IMG/VR virus record: IMGVR_UViG_3300020229_000001
Location: 1-64,000 of that record
Reading direction: 5' to 3' (one strand)
Length of the DNA: 64,000 bases
DNA from: a virus
The translations under genes and the position numbers were made by a program. This document shows, piece by piece, positions 7,895 to 17,177 of this stretch; position 1 is the first letter of the stretch, and each line of letters opens with the position of its first letter. Below the pieces are notes generated by a model that had not been told where the DNA came from, did not search any database, and saw only the letters and a program-made list of their open reading frames with translations.

Positions 7895-10318
7895 TTATCC
7901 GGCAGTCGGAGGTTTTGGAGGGTTGGCGATATTGTTGACCAACCCAGCCTGGCTTTGCGAATTCTGGCCGTAGATCTCCCCAGCTATCTTTTGCCTGGCC
8001 GCGCTTGGCCGTGGCGCTGCTGGGTGATGCCCTCCGCCGCCATGCGCCGCTGCTGGAGCAATGTCCGGCACCGGAGGCCCATTGTGGCCTTTGGTTAAGT
8101 GCGCAGCCGCTTGGTAATACGCCTCTTTGTACTTCTGAAGCGCCTTCTTGTCGGCTCCTTTGACCTCCGCCGCGGCGATGTGTTCGTTGAAATGCTTGAG
8201 CGCTTGAACGAACGGAGGAACGCCTTCCGGAGGCAGTCCCCCAGGGGGGATTGCCTGGACGACCGGCATGAGCTTGAGCATAAGCGTGTCCAAGTGAACC
8301 CCGTCGTTGTCTCGAGGAGATACCGGAATCTCCTGGCCGGCAATAATCGATTGAAGCTCGATAATCTGCTGCCGCGTCGCCTCAATTGCGATGGCTTCGA
8401 TGCTGTCTTTCGGGAGGATGACCTGGTTGGCAACCGTCTCTCCCATTTTTCGGATCCAGTCGAGCTTCATCAACTCGTCTTGGTTGATGCCGGGATTTCC
8501 GGTGTAGCGCTGGATCATCATGTCCAGGATTTGATTGTCCTGGGCCGTCGTGTCCTGGAGCAATTCCATCGCCGGCGAGAATGCCATCAGCAGAATATCT
8601 GCCGGCGGCACATTGTGCTCTAGCATCTCGAGGCAACAATTAATTGCGTCCTCGTCCAGGTGCTCTGGAACTTCAAACGGAACCAGGAACGGAGGAAGTT
8701 CCATGTGAGAGCGGTCAAACGAGTCCACCACTTCGCGACGCGCCCAAATTGCGCCTTCTTGGTGCTGCCTAGCTAGGTCCAGCTTGCCTTTGAGATCCGC
8801 CGCCGCCTTGAGGTGCTCTGGGTGACAGATCCCGCGCTGCATCCGTTCAATCCCGTGGCTGAATTGCCGGCTGAACCGCATGAGAATTCCCTGCCGGAGC
8901 TGATTTTCAATAGCCGCAACACGATTCACCTCGGACGCCGTCTTGCGCTGCTGAGTTTCAACCGGAGATCCAGGAAGGAACGTTCCGACCTGAATTTCTG
9001 CAAGCTGAGAAACAAACTGATCCAGCTTCAAGAAGTCATCAATGTCCGCCGGCAGGTTGCCAGGGACGACCTCATACCCTTCCGAGATGTACGCAATGGG
9101 ATGATGAACCGTTAGCGGCGCCGCGTTTGGCTTCGCTGTCGGTAGCTTTTTGAGCAGGAGGAGCCCCTTTAGGTAGGCATTGTCCACAACCAAGTTACGA
9201 GCCTTGTCCACAGAGATGTGAGTATTGTACAGGTCGCGACCAGCGCCCCTGGAGGACATCAGACCGCCGCTGCCGATCTCGACAGCAAACAGCGCCAGGG
9301 TCTCTGACATTTTGTTGTACCGGTCCAACTGCGTGCAAATCTCGTCGCCGGACTTGTCGTCAAAGAGGAACCGGCTGATCTTCCCGTGCGGTTCTTTGAC
9401 CAGGATTTCCCCGAGCTCAACGTATTTTGCGTCGTTTTCGTAGGAGGCGCCGTAGCTGCCCTCCCGAATCCAGTCTTCGTACCGGCGCGCATCGTCGTCA
9501 GCGTCCAGTGTCCGGCCCGCGGGGATGGCGTTGTTGATGCTCCTCACCAGGTTGTTGATGTGCCAACCTGCCGCCGCGGAGTAATTTGGGCGTTCCAGGA
9601 TAGGCAGAAGCTCTGCAATCTGATACCGGCGTTTACGCGCCCAGATCGGCGTTGCGTCAGTCACCTGAGGCGTTTCGATAGAGAAGAACGTGTAATCCTG
9701 TCGGAGAAACTCGGCCTTCCAGTCGCGAAGGTCGTCCCAGCACCAGGCACAGAACCCGAAAGTTGTATTTTCATGGACGGTCTGGGCAACGAGGTCGTCA
9801 AAACCGGACCAGCCGCGGATGCATTTGGTGATCGCTTCTCGGAAGGTCTTGGTCTTGTGATCAGAATCAATCTCGTCCAGGGGATGCTTGGCAAAAGTGA
9901 GCGTCGGCGTCTGCTCAATGACCGCTTTAAACGGCGGCTGAATACGGCTCACCATTGTGCTCAGGAAGCCAGTAGGACGATTCGAGCGCCAATTCTGGCC
10001 CATAGACTCGAGCTTCTTTGGCGAATACGGAGGCTCGTTGTTGAGCTTCTTCTGAATCATTTGATTCTTCCGGTTCCGCTCAACGTTCTGCTGTTTCAGA
10101 CGGCGATACGCGGAATGGGCTTGAAGCGCGTCCTTAAACGTCCGGCGAACCGTAAGCGTCTCCGGATCGACCGTATCCATGTTTCCGTTGTCTGGATCGC
10201 GGACGTCTAGCCCGAGAACCCGTGGCTTGTCGTGAGTGTCCGATACCCTGGGCGCCTTGTCCGCAAACGCATCGGTAATGCGAGGGTCCAGTGGTTTAAT
10301 CGTCGAGGAAGTGGCCAT
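7895..10318 (-). CDS. Portal protein
   Basis: 807 aa downstream of terminase; KTASEV motif (cf. TATE of podoviral portals); helical, Gln/Pro-rich C-terminal tail. Confidence 0.75.
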   Translation of the reverse strand: MATSSTIKPLDPRITDAFADKAPRVSDTHDKPRVLGLDVRDPDNGNMDTVDPETLTVRRTFKDALQAHSAYRRLKQQNVERNRKNQMIQKKLNNEPPYSPKKLESMGQNWRSNRPTGFLSTMVSRIQPPFKAVIEQTPTLTFAKHPLDEIDSDHKTKTFREAITKCIRGWSGFDDLVAQTVHENTTFGFCAWCWDDLRDWKAEFLRQDYTFFSIETPQVTDATPIWARKRRYQIAELLPILERPNYSAAAGWHINNLVRSINNAIPAGRTLDADDDARRYEDWIREGSYGASYENDAKYVELGEILVKEPHGKISRFLFDDKSGDEICTQLDRYNKMSETLALFAVEIGSGGLMSSRGAGRDLYNTHISVDKARNLVVDNAYLKGLLLLKKLPTAKPNAAPLTVHHPIAYISEGYEVVPGNLPADIDDFLKLDQFVSQLAEIQVGTFLPGSPVETQQRKTASEVNRVAAIENQLRQGILMRFSRQFSHGIERMQRGICHPEHLKAAADLKGKLDLARQHQEGAIWARREVVDSFDRSHMELPPFLVPFEVPEHLDEDAINCCLEMLEHNVPPADILLMAFSPAMELLQDTTAQDNQILDMMIQRYTGNPGINQDELMKLDWIRKMGETVANQVILPKDSIEAIAIEATRQQIIELQSIIAGQEIPVSPRDNDGVHLDTLMLKLMPVVQAIPPGGLPPEGVPPFVQALKHFNEHIAAAEVKGADKKALQKYKEAYYQAAAHLTKGHNGPPVPDIAPAAAHGGGGHHPAAPRPSAARQKIAGEIYGQNSQSQAGLVNNIANPPKPPTAG

Positions 10319-10319
10319 A

Positions 10320-10904
10320 TTAAGTGAGAACGTTTACCCAGCAGTCAGCCGGCAAGTTTGCGGCTTTGTTCAGGGCGTCCCGATCCAGGAACACCGCGCT
10401 GCGATTGTCGTGGCGCATTACAAAACAGCCGCCCAAGTTGACAGACGACTTTACGTCGCGGCCCTGGCGCACGCCGGCGCTCAGGCGATCAACGGCAGAC
10501 ACGCAGGAGGAGCAGGATGACCTCCAATTGAGGTTCTTGGGGCATTTCTCGCACACTTGCGCCCGAGCCTCGGCCAGCTCATCCAAGACCAGCGGGTGAG
10601 GCTTGCTGGAGTTCAGGACCAGCTTGGCCCACGCCTGAACATCATTCATCAACTGCGTCCCCGTCGTCGGCGTCAGGTAGCTGATTACACTGACCGCGTC
10701 AACGCCGTGACAAAAGTGAGGCCAATTCCCGCAAATATATGAATTAACGTCTCCAGTGACATCGTTTTGAGGTAGATTGTTTTCAGCTCTAAAATTAGAG
10801 ACGACTTCAATAAGGTTGGCATAACAGTCACCTTCTAATGTTACGTCGCCCTGTTTGAAATGCCAGCCCCCAGGGGGGACCATTCCTTGAATTGGAGTCG
10901 CCAT
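10320..10904 (-). CDS. Cys-rich hypothetical protein
   Basis: 194 aa with ICGNWPHFC, RAQVCEKCPKN, CSSC, GGC, ADCW motifs. Confidence 0.65.
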   Translation of the reverse strand: MATPIQGMVPPGGWHFKQGDVTLEGDCYANLIEVVSNFRAENNLPQNDVTGDVNSYICGNWPHFCHGVDAVSVISYLTPTTGTQLMNDVQAWAKLVLNSSKPHPLVLDELAEARAQVCEKCPKNLNWRSSCSSCVSAVDRLSAGVRQGRDVKSSVNLGGCFVMRHDNRSAVFLDRDALNKAANLPADCWVNVLT

Positions 10905-10938
10905 TTATTGGATATTACCATTAATTCCAGCAACGCAA

Positions 10939-11490
10939 TCACAAAACAAATTCGTGATGGCATTTCGGACAAATAGTTGTATCTCCGTCCGCCTTCTTCT
11001 CTTCTTCATCTGCCACTTCCGGAGGTAGTTCCGGCGATCCAATTAATTCATCTAATTCTTCTTTGGTAAATCCCAATAATTCCAAATCAAACCCCTGGTC
11101 GTTCAAGGAATCAATTTCTGAAGCCAGTACATCAAAGTCCCAGCCGGCCATATTTGCGAGCTGGTTGTCTGCAATCACTAATGCTTGAACCTGAGCGTTA
11201 TTAAGGTGATCGAGCTTAATTACCGGCACCATTAATTGACCCACCCTGGACGCCGCTAATACCCTGCCGTGGCCCGCAATTATTTTTCCACCGGAATGGA
11301 TTAAAATTGGGTTTGTGAATCCAAAGGTCTTAATGCTTTCAGCAATCGCGTCAATTTGTTCGTCTGTATGAGTGCGTGAGTTTCTGGCGTAAGGCGTTAA
11401 CTCTGAAATGTTTATCATCTCAACCTGAAGTCGGCCTGGGGAATTGTTTGTATTTTCAGACATATTTTCTGAAATATTATTGACCGCCAT
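10939..11490 (-). CDS. ParB/Srx N-terminal domain protein with C-terminal zinc ribbon
   Basis: LTPYARNSRTH..QI..IA.SI..FGFTNPILI...IIAGHGRVLAA, IADNQL, WDFDVL, CPKCHHEF; typical terminase-linked ParB-like gene. Confidence 0.85.
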   Translation of the reverse strand: MAVNNISENMSENTNNSPGRLQVEMINISELTPYARNSRTHTDEQIDAIAESIKTFGFTNPILIHSGGKIIAGHGRVLAASRVGQLMVPVIKLDHLNNAQVQALVIADNQLANMAGWDFDVLASEIDSLNDQGFDLELLGFTKEELDELIGSPELPPEVADEEEKKADGDTTICPKCHHEFVL

Positions 11491-11508
11491 TTTTATTGCG
11501 ACAATAAT
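11480..11508 (+). promoter_or_regulatory. Sigma70-like promoter for the tRNA/ncRNA locus
   Basis: TTGACC (11480-85)-N17-AATAAT (11503-08), pointing into the RNA cluster. Confidence 0.55.
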
Positions 11509-11514
11509 CCCCCC

Positions 11515-11815
11515 CGTGTCTGGGCTGTGATCTTCACGAGGTGGCGGCCTGGGCGCACAAGCTCATCAACCATGTGTTGAAGGAGTAACGAGGCCGTCCC
11601 GAAAGAGGCGGCCTCAGCTTCCCTTGTCGCCAGATGATTTGCAGGGAGACCCTGCAATGGCCTTGATGTTTGGTCCATGAAACAAAGGCAGGCAAGGGTA
11701 TAACAGGGGGGGGCCGGCGTCGTTGTGGTCGCCGGCTCCCCAGCGCGACACCTGCGGGCTGGCACAAGTGCCGGTCGAATCAGTGGTGCGACGGCTCGGA
11801 GAGAACGAGCATCTT
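11515..11815 (+). ncRNA. Putative structured ncRNA upstream of tRNAs
   Basis: Consecutive hairpins: gaggccgtc-cc-gaaa-ga-ggcggcctc, ttgcaggg-aga-ccctgcaa, ggggccggcg...cgccggctcc, ggcac-aa-gtgcc, gctc-ggagagaac-gagc. Confidence 0.5.
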
Positions 11816-11820
11816 TTTTT

Positions 11821-11895
11821 AGCGGGGTGGAGCAGTGGTAGCTCGTCTGGCTCATAACCAGAAGGTCGGTGGTTCAATCCCACCCCCCGCCACCA
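11821..11895 (+). tRNA. tRNA-Met(CAT), initiator-like
   Basis: Cloverleaf with CTCATAA loop, 1:72 mismatch (A:C), A11:U24, TTCAATC T-loop, encoded CCA. Confidence 0.93.
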
Positions 11896-11900
11896 ATTTT

Positions 11901-11975
11901 GCCGTGATAGCTCAGTGGTAGAGCAGGGCTTTTGTAAAGCTCAGGTCGTCAGTTCAATCCTGACTTGCGGCTCCA
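11901..11975 (+). tRNA. tRNA-Thr(TGT)
   Basis: GCCGTGA acceptor, AGCTCAGTGGTAGAGC D-arm, TTTGTAA anticodon loop, TTCAATC T-loop, encoded CCA. Confidence 0.93.
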
Positions 11976-11979
11976 ATTT

Positions 11980-12135
11980 CGGGACGCCGAATCGGGAACG
12001 CCACCAAGAGTTAACAGGCGTGACGCTGGGAAGAGACCCAGGATAAGTTGCGAGTGTCTGCCAAGGGTTGTGAGACTGCCCTATGATTGGACGCCCGCCC
12101 CCGCGTCTGGCTAACCGCAAAGGGGGCACCTCTGA
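11980..12135 (+). ncRNA. Putative structured RNA trailer downstream of tRNAs
   Basis: acgcc...ggcgt stem followed by gac and ctggg-aagaga-cccag; further gcccc...ggggc stem. Confidence 0.4.
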
Positions 12136-12136
12136 C

Positions 12137-12331
12137 CTATACAGGCGGCCTATACAGGTAAGCGTGCGATGGGCAGCAGTACACTAGGCGCCCGTCCGCG
12201 GTCTTGCCTTTGGTCGCCGTGAGCGTATCGCACCGGAGATACTTCGCCTTACCCTGCTTCTCAACGTGGTCGCACCGCTTCACCGCCGGCACACGCTGGT
12301 TCTTTTCTTTCTTGGGGCCACCGGTCTTCAT
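12137..12331 (-). CDS. Small basic Cys/His protein
   Basis: 64 aa with RCDH, RC, CCPSH; translationally coupled to upstream gene. Confidence 0.5.
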   Translation of the reverse strand: MKTGGPKKEKNQRVPAVKRCDHVEKQGKAKYLRCDTLTATKGKTADGRLVYCCPSHAYLYRPPV

Positions 12332-12543
12332 TTGGTGTTTCCAGCTTGAGTGAATGTATGGGCCAATGTTCCTGGGGCCAGGCCAACATGGGGGGTCTCC
12401 GGAACAGGGGGGTCAGTGTCATTCGCGTCAGCGAGTCCGGTTTTTTTTTCCAGCTCCGCCACTCGGATCATCAACTCAGCCACCTTGCCGGCGGTCCTGG
12501 CCGCTTTCTTATTGAGCGCATCAAACTCTTCCTGGGGGATCAT
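12328..12543 (-). CDS. Hypothetical protein
   Basis: 71 aa, ATGA-coupled, short coiled coil. Confidence 0.5.
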   Translation of the reverse strand: MIPQEEFDALNKKAARTAGKVAELMIRVAELEKKTGLADANDTDPPVPETPHVGLAPGTLAHTFTQAGNTK

Positions 12544-12692
12544 CGTGCCCCCTTTCCTAGCTCTGCCAGCCTAATACGGGCGTAGGCGTCCAGTAACCCG
12601 CTAGCGCAGGAAGATACCGCGATCAACACCGCAATGGCCCCCATGAGGACCAGTAGGCGGTTAAACGTTCGTTCTTGGGTCTCGTTATTCAT
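12540..12692 (-). CDS. Small membrane/lipoprotein-like protein (not in ORF track)
   Basis: MNNETQERTFNRLLVLMGAIAVLIAVSSCASG...; overlaps terL stop by ATGA; lipobox-like VSSC. Confidence 0.5.
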   Translation of the reverse strand: MNNETQERTFNRLLVLMGAIAVLIAVSSCASGLLDAYARIRLAELGKGAR

Positions 12693-14563
12693 AAGCTGAA
12701 ATCAACAAAGTTCATGTCTGCATCCACCACACTGTAAATCTCTTTGCCTGTCTTTGCCTCCGCCCTTGGCTTCATCATACGCGCCTCGCTCTCGCCCCGC
12801 TGCCGGAGCAAATACACCAGCAGACTCAGGGAATCCAATGCGTCCGGCGACGGCTGACCGGTCCGCTTCCGGTAGTCTCCTTTCGACTCAACCCGGACCT
12901 TGCCCAACCCCTTCTGCCTGTACCGGCGCCCCGTAGCCTGCCTGGTCAACTCCTCGGCCCGAAACCCAGGCGAGATCTTTAGCCAGCCAAACTCCATGTA
13001 CCGCGTCAAGCCAAACAACAACTCAGTCACAACGCCGTCGTACAGCTCTGAGGCTTTCTGGCTGTCGTCTCCCAGGATGAACGCGTCAGTCGCGGCCCAG
13101 GAGTAGTTCACCCCCATTACCTCTTCCGACCAGAGCGTCTTGAGCGCGTCGTGTACCCCCGACCCGTTCCCCGTCCGGTCCACACACACCCACCGCGGCT
13201 CAACCTTCATTGTCTTGCAGAACTTTTGGATCGCCTGCGCCTGCTCAATCGTCGCCGCCTTAGGAAAGGGCACCTGGCTGTCCAACTGAAGCACCGTCCT
13301 GGCGCCCTCAGGAAACGGATGGAACTTGTCGTCCCGTCCCGTCCACCCATCCGCCAACCCCCAGCGGCCATAGCTGCACACCGTCTGATCGTTCCCCTCG
13401 AGTGCCAAGTCGAACCCAGCCACCGCTGTCACCGCCCCAATGAACCGGACAATGCCCACCGCGTTGTCCACCAAGACCGGCGAGATGAGTCCCATGCTGA
13501 TCCCCTCGTCCGGAAACCACCCACGCGCCATCGTCATCGCCTCCGCCGTTTTGCCCCTGGATACATAGCTCATGTACCCCTCGTAGGTCTGGAGGCCGGC
13601 GTACACTAGCTTCCGCTCCTTCACGTTCTCACAACGCGCCGCGTCCAGGCGGAGGACGTGCCACCCCTCCCTGGACTCCCACTCATGGTCATCCTCAATG
13701 TCGATACTGCCCCAGCCCGACGACGGCTCGCACCGCTGCCCGAACTCCGAGGTCCGGTCTTTGGGGTTGCTGGCCGCGAAGATCTTGATGGACCCAGGGT
13801 GCGCGTGCAGATCAACCGAGGACAGGATGTTGTTGCAGCCCTCCCATACCCCCGCCGGTATCTCCTCCGCCTCGTCAAGGACCACCATCGTCCGAGACAG
13901 CCTGCCCCACCGCCGATGAGCCGGACCGAACCGAGGTGACGGGTGGAACCCACGGAGCGTCCCGTGCCCCGACTCCCCCCTGGGGATGGCCACCAGGTGA
14001 ATGCCCTGCTTGCTGTCCGGCGTCACCTGGATGCTGTTGACCAGGTCAGACTCGAACTGGGTAGGCGGCCTGACGAGCGCTTGCCGGTGAAAGGTCTTGA
14101 TGCTGGCGAAGATGTTCCGCTCTGCGTGCTCCCTGGTCAGCGATACCACCTTGATGGCCGTGTACTCAGGGTCGCGGAACCAGTCCAAGTAGAACCAAGC
14201 GCCGCCACAGAAGCTCTTACCCATCGCGCCGGCGCCCTGGATCAACAGCTTGTCCTGAGCGAACAGGCAGCGCCATGTATCCCTGGAGGCCAGGGGTCGC
14301 CAGTCGTACACGTCCGGCCCCCAGAGCAGGGTAGCAGCCGCCTCGAAGTGGTCGTACTCGAGCATTGCCTGGACGTACTTGTAGATGACCTGGCGTGCCA
14401 TCTCAGGAGTGAGAGCGAGCGAGGACGGCGGGCGGTCGCTGGCGTTGCGGGCTATGTACGCCGCCCCCTCCTGGAGGCCATCCTCGCCCTTGTCAGCCAA
14501 GCGTCGAGCCTCGAGAGCGATGGCCATCGTCCGATCCACCGTGCGTGCGCGTACAGCAGGCAT
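12689..14563 (-). CDS. terL: Terminase large subunit
   Basis: Walker A GAGAMGKS, Walker B VVLDEAEE, ASNP coupling motif, RNase H GFDLA, VDRTGNG, SPDALD. Confidence 0.9.
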   Translation of the reverse strand: MPAVRARTVDRTMAIALEARRLADKGEDGLQEGAAYIARNASDRPPSSLALTPEMARQVIYKYVQAMLEYDHFEAAATLLWGPDVYDWRPLASRDTWRCLFAQDKLLIQGAGAMGKSFCGGAWFYLDWFRDPEYTAIKVVSLTREHAERNIFASIKTFHRQALVRPPTQFESDLVNSIQVTPDSKQGIHLVAIPRGESGHGTLRGFHPSPRFGPAHRRWGRLSRTMVVLDEAEEIPAGVWEGCNNILSSVDLHAHPGSIKIFAASNPKDRTSEFGQRCEPSSGWGSIDIEDDHEWESREGWHVLRLDAARCENVKERKLVYAGLQTYEGYMSYVSRGKTAEAMTMARGWFPDEGISMGLISPVLVDNAVGIVRFIGAVTAVAGFDLALEGNDQTVCSYGRWGLADGWTGRDDKFHPFPEGARTVLQLDSQVPFPKAATIEQAQAIQKFCKTMKVEPRWVCVDRTGNGSGVHDALKTLWSEEVMGVNYSWAATDAFILGDDSQKASELYDGVVTELLFGLTRYMEFGWLKISPGFRAEELTRQATGRRYRQKGLGKVRVESKGDYRKRTGQPSPDALDSLSLLVYLLRQRGESEARMMKPRAEAKTGKEIYSVVDADMNFVDFSL

Positions 14564-14826
14564 CAGAGTACCAGGCCAATGATCCAGTCAGCGACCAGGT
14601 AGGCGCAGCCCAGCATGAGGCCGATGAGGATGCCGGCAGCAGCGGCTAGGAGAACAGGGAGGCAGGCGAACGCGACGCTGCCCCATGCTTTGCCGATAGC
14701 CTGCTCAGCCGCGGTAGTGGGTTGTTTGTCTCGGATTATCATAAATGGGACGTTAAGTGGTTGCAAATCAACATTTCCAATTCCACATGACACACGTTGT
14801 ATTAAGTTATGAAGCAAGTCGTTCAA
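14563..14826 (-). CDS. Small membrane protein
   Basis: Long hydrophobic C-terminus; sits between terS and terL. Confidence 0.45.
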   Translation of the reverse strand: MNDLLHNLIQRVSCGIGNVDLQPLNVPFMIIRDKQPTTAAEQAIGKAWGSVAFACLPVLLAAAAGILIGLMLGCAYLVADWIIGLVL

Positions 14827-15407
14827 ACAGCGGATGTTACAGCCATTTGCGTGAACGAAAGCGTCTCAAGATCCGTTAGGCTTGGAGCTGTTTCATCAAC
14901 AGGCCCAGCGTATTGCGACAAGTCAACCGGCGTTGCGTCAATCTCACGCGTGACCGGCACAAGCTCAGCTTCAAGCCATTCCTTGGGCGCGAGCTTGTCG
15001 TCGCGTCCGTACATCTTAAACGTTAGTGCCAAGGCGCTTCCGTCTTGTTGCTGACGCCCGTCTGCTTCGCCGGAGATCTTGGCGTCCGTTTGCAGCGCCA
15101 GGAGCCGGTCAAAGATGGCTTCGACCTTGCCGTCGGCTTTGCGCACAACCTTAGTTGGAACCGTGCCCTCAATCATCTGGCGCAGCAGGTCTCTCTTTGC
15201 GTCCAAGCCCATGACGGCGCGACTGTGAACTTCAGTCTGGATCTCGGCGATGCGAGTCTTTACGTCAGGTCGCTGAGCAAGCCGGCAAGCCTGCGCGTTG
15301 GGATCAACGACGTGAGGAGCCAGCTTTCGGTAAGCGTCGCCCTGGAGAATGCCCTCAGCGAGCAAATGAGCGAAACGTTCGTGCAGTCGGTTTTGTAGAC
15401 GAGGCAT
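14823..15407 (-). CDS. terS: Terminase small subunit
   Basis: HERFA.LLAEG....DAY.......A.RL...PDVK.RIAE HTH typical of TerS; upstream of terL. Confidence 0.75.
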   Translation of the reverse strand: MPRLQNRLHERFAHLLAEGILQGDAYRKLAPHVVDPNAQACRLAQRPDVKTRIAEIQTEVHSRAVMGLDAKRDLLRQMIEGTVPTKVVRKADGKVEAIFDRLLALQTDAKISGEADGRQQQDGSALALTFKMYGRDDKLAPKEWLEAELVPVTREIDATPVDLSQYAGPVDETAPSLTDLETLSFTQMAVTSAV

Positions 15408-15641
15408 AAGTGGTTGAATAAAAAGGAAATACAAATAAAGACGGTCGTCTTTCTCTGGATTGACATCTAATCAATTGATTTCAATTAATTGCTAGAAACT
15501 GCTTTATTCATCACACAATTGCAAGTGCATTAAAACAATACGCCTCAATTCTGAACTTTATTCTTGACGGTTGATCGCTTGACTGCTTTAAAATTGAATC
15601 TATAGCCCTGTTATATGATGCTCATATGATAGAAGCCTGGC

Positions 15642-15938
15642 TTATTGGTTGACGATTAGTTGATAGGTGAACAGGCCGGCAATGAGACGGCGACGATTCA
15701 CGGTATGGCTGCCAAATCTGGCTTTCCTGAGGTCGCGCAGCCTGGCTGAAACTGAGGCTTCTGAGGCGCCGGTGATGCTTGAGAGCTCTGTTAGCGTGCG
15801 CCACTTAGCGTCTCGCATGACGCTGAATACCGCGGTGAGTTGCGCTGATAGCCTGGTTTGATCCTGTTTTGGGCTGTAGGTCTTGCCATCAAAGTGCCAG
15901 GGCGCAGGCTGATCAAAGTTGAGTGTTTCTTGAGTCAT
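15642..15938 (-). CDS. Winged-helix DNA-binding protein
   Basis: WRTLTELSSITGASEASVSARLRDLRK HTH followed by wing. Confidence 0.75.
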   Translation of the reverse strand: MTQETLNFDQPAPWHFDGKTYSPKQDQTRLSAQLTAVFSVMRDAKWRTLTELSSITGASEASVSARLRDLRKARFGSHTVNRRRLIAGLFTYQLIVNQ

Positions 15939-16591
15939 TCTCTGGTTGTGAGTTTGCCCACGGTTCTGTTGAGCAGGTTCAGGATGATTTGGGTGCGTTT
16001 GCTCTTCATTTTGCGCTCAAAGTCCAGGAATAAGACTGTCCTGGGTGTTTCGGTATCGTTTACGACCCAATGTTGGGTTGTATCGTCAAAAGCGACCAGT
16101 TCTCTGTCTTTCCAGGAGTAACGCTGGCCGTTGAGTGAGATGAAGCAGTTTGGGCTGTTGGGCGTTGTCAGGCCGATATGCACGCGGATGCAGCCGGCCC
16201 AGGGACCAGCGTGAGGATGGATCGTTGCCCTGGGCTCTAGGATGCTGAGCATCGCCAGGTGAATGTCTGGGTGCCGGCTGATGACGGCTAACGTCGCTGG
16301 GAAATCGGTTAGGGCTCGTTTGCTGGGCTTGGCGTACCATTTGAGGTAGTACTTCTTCCACAGGCCGTCGTTAGTGACCCTTGAGTCAAAGAACAGATCG
16401 CCTTGTATTGGGCTGGCTTTGTGCCTGGCGCGGGCTGTCTCGTCCAAGATGATAGGCAGGGCTGCCAGGAGATCCTGAGCGCTCTGGCGGGCTAGGATGG
16501 CGTCTGTGAGGAACGTCGTCGTTGGGTCCAGGCTGTTCCGATGAATCCAGGGGTTCAGCACCTCGGTCAAATATGAAATGAACCGGATCAT
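15935..16591 (-). CDS. Aspartyl/asparaginyl beta-hydroxylase-family 2OG-Fe(II) dioxygenase (LpxO-like)
   Basis: WKKYYLKWY, AMLSILEP...HPHAGP..G.IRVHIGL.TPN, YSWKD..LVAFDDT..HWV.N.T..RTVLFLD.ER. Confidence 0.85.
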   Translation of the reverse strand: MIRFISYLTEVLNPWIHRNSLDPTTTFLTDAILARQSAQDLLAALPIILDETARARHKASPIQGDLFFDSRVTNDGLWKKYYLKWYAKPSKRALTDFPATLAVISRHPDIHLAMLSILEPRATIHPHAGPWAGCIRVHIGLTTPNSPNCFISLNGQRYSWKDRELVAFDDTTQHWVVNDTETPRTVLFLDFERKMKSKRTQIILNLLNRTVGKLTTRE

Positions 16592-16869
16592 TTCAACACC
16601 CCGTTCCAGCCAATTTCGCAATCGCGGATGCGCTCGAGCGTTTCCTCAAGTTTCTCAATTTGTTCTTTTTGCTTAGCTATGAGCAGATCAGCAAATTTGG
16701 AAATGATTCCATGCCGCGTGCCTTTACCAACGCCTGCTGGTATTGGCAAATGCATTGCAGCTTGAACGATCTCAAAAACGTCATAGGCGCAGTTATACGC
16801 GTCCACATATGCATTGCATCCGTTGGCTTCTCGGGTTGTTAACTCAACCGCGTTAGGGTGAATTTTCAT
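16588..16869 (-). CDS. Hypothetical protein
   Basis: Coupled small early gene. Confidence 0.5.
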   Translation of the reverse strand: MKIHPNAVELTTREANGCNAYVDAYNCAYDVFEIVQAAMHLPIPAGVGKGTRHGIISKFADLLIAKQKEQIEKLEETLERIRDCEIGWNGVLK

Positions 16870-17177
16870 TCCTTTTCCTCCCATTTTCCCAGCGTCCGTA
16901 AAAACGCTTCTGCGCGTTGGCGGGCTGTTGCCCTGAGCAGGTACTCGTAATGGTGAGAGTTTGATATGTGCATTCCATATTCAAAAAGTAGCTCTTTGTC
17001 TCTTATCACCTTTTCCGCCTCATGCATCGCGTTGAGGCAGTGGGCGTACTCCTCAACCGCAGTCCGGCAGCCATGCGTCTCCGGGGCGACTCCCATCAAT
17101 CCAAACTCTGGATGCTCAAAAATGCCAGTCCATCCGCACGCTTTAGCAATCGCCGCGTTAATTTGGTCGTCGGTCAT
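16866..17177 (-). CDS. Hypothetical phage protein (IN.AIA..CGW / LNAMHEAE / ATARQRAEAFL type)
   Basis: Recurrent small phage protein motifs. Confidence 0.65.
   Translation of the reverse strand: MTDDQINAAIAKACGWTGIFEHPEFGLMGVAPETHGCRTAVEEYAHCLNAMHEAEKVIRDKELLFEYGMHISNSHHYEYLLRATARQRAEAFLRTLGKWEEKE

Noticed and set aside
11521-11566. HDV-like/theta ribozyme near the tRNAs
   Set aside because: A P3/L3-like ATC-TTCACGA-GGT is present, but the same strand would have to form both P1 and P2 and no upstream P1 partner exists; no hammerhead core found either.
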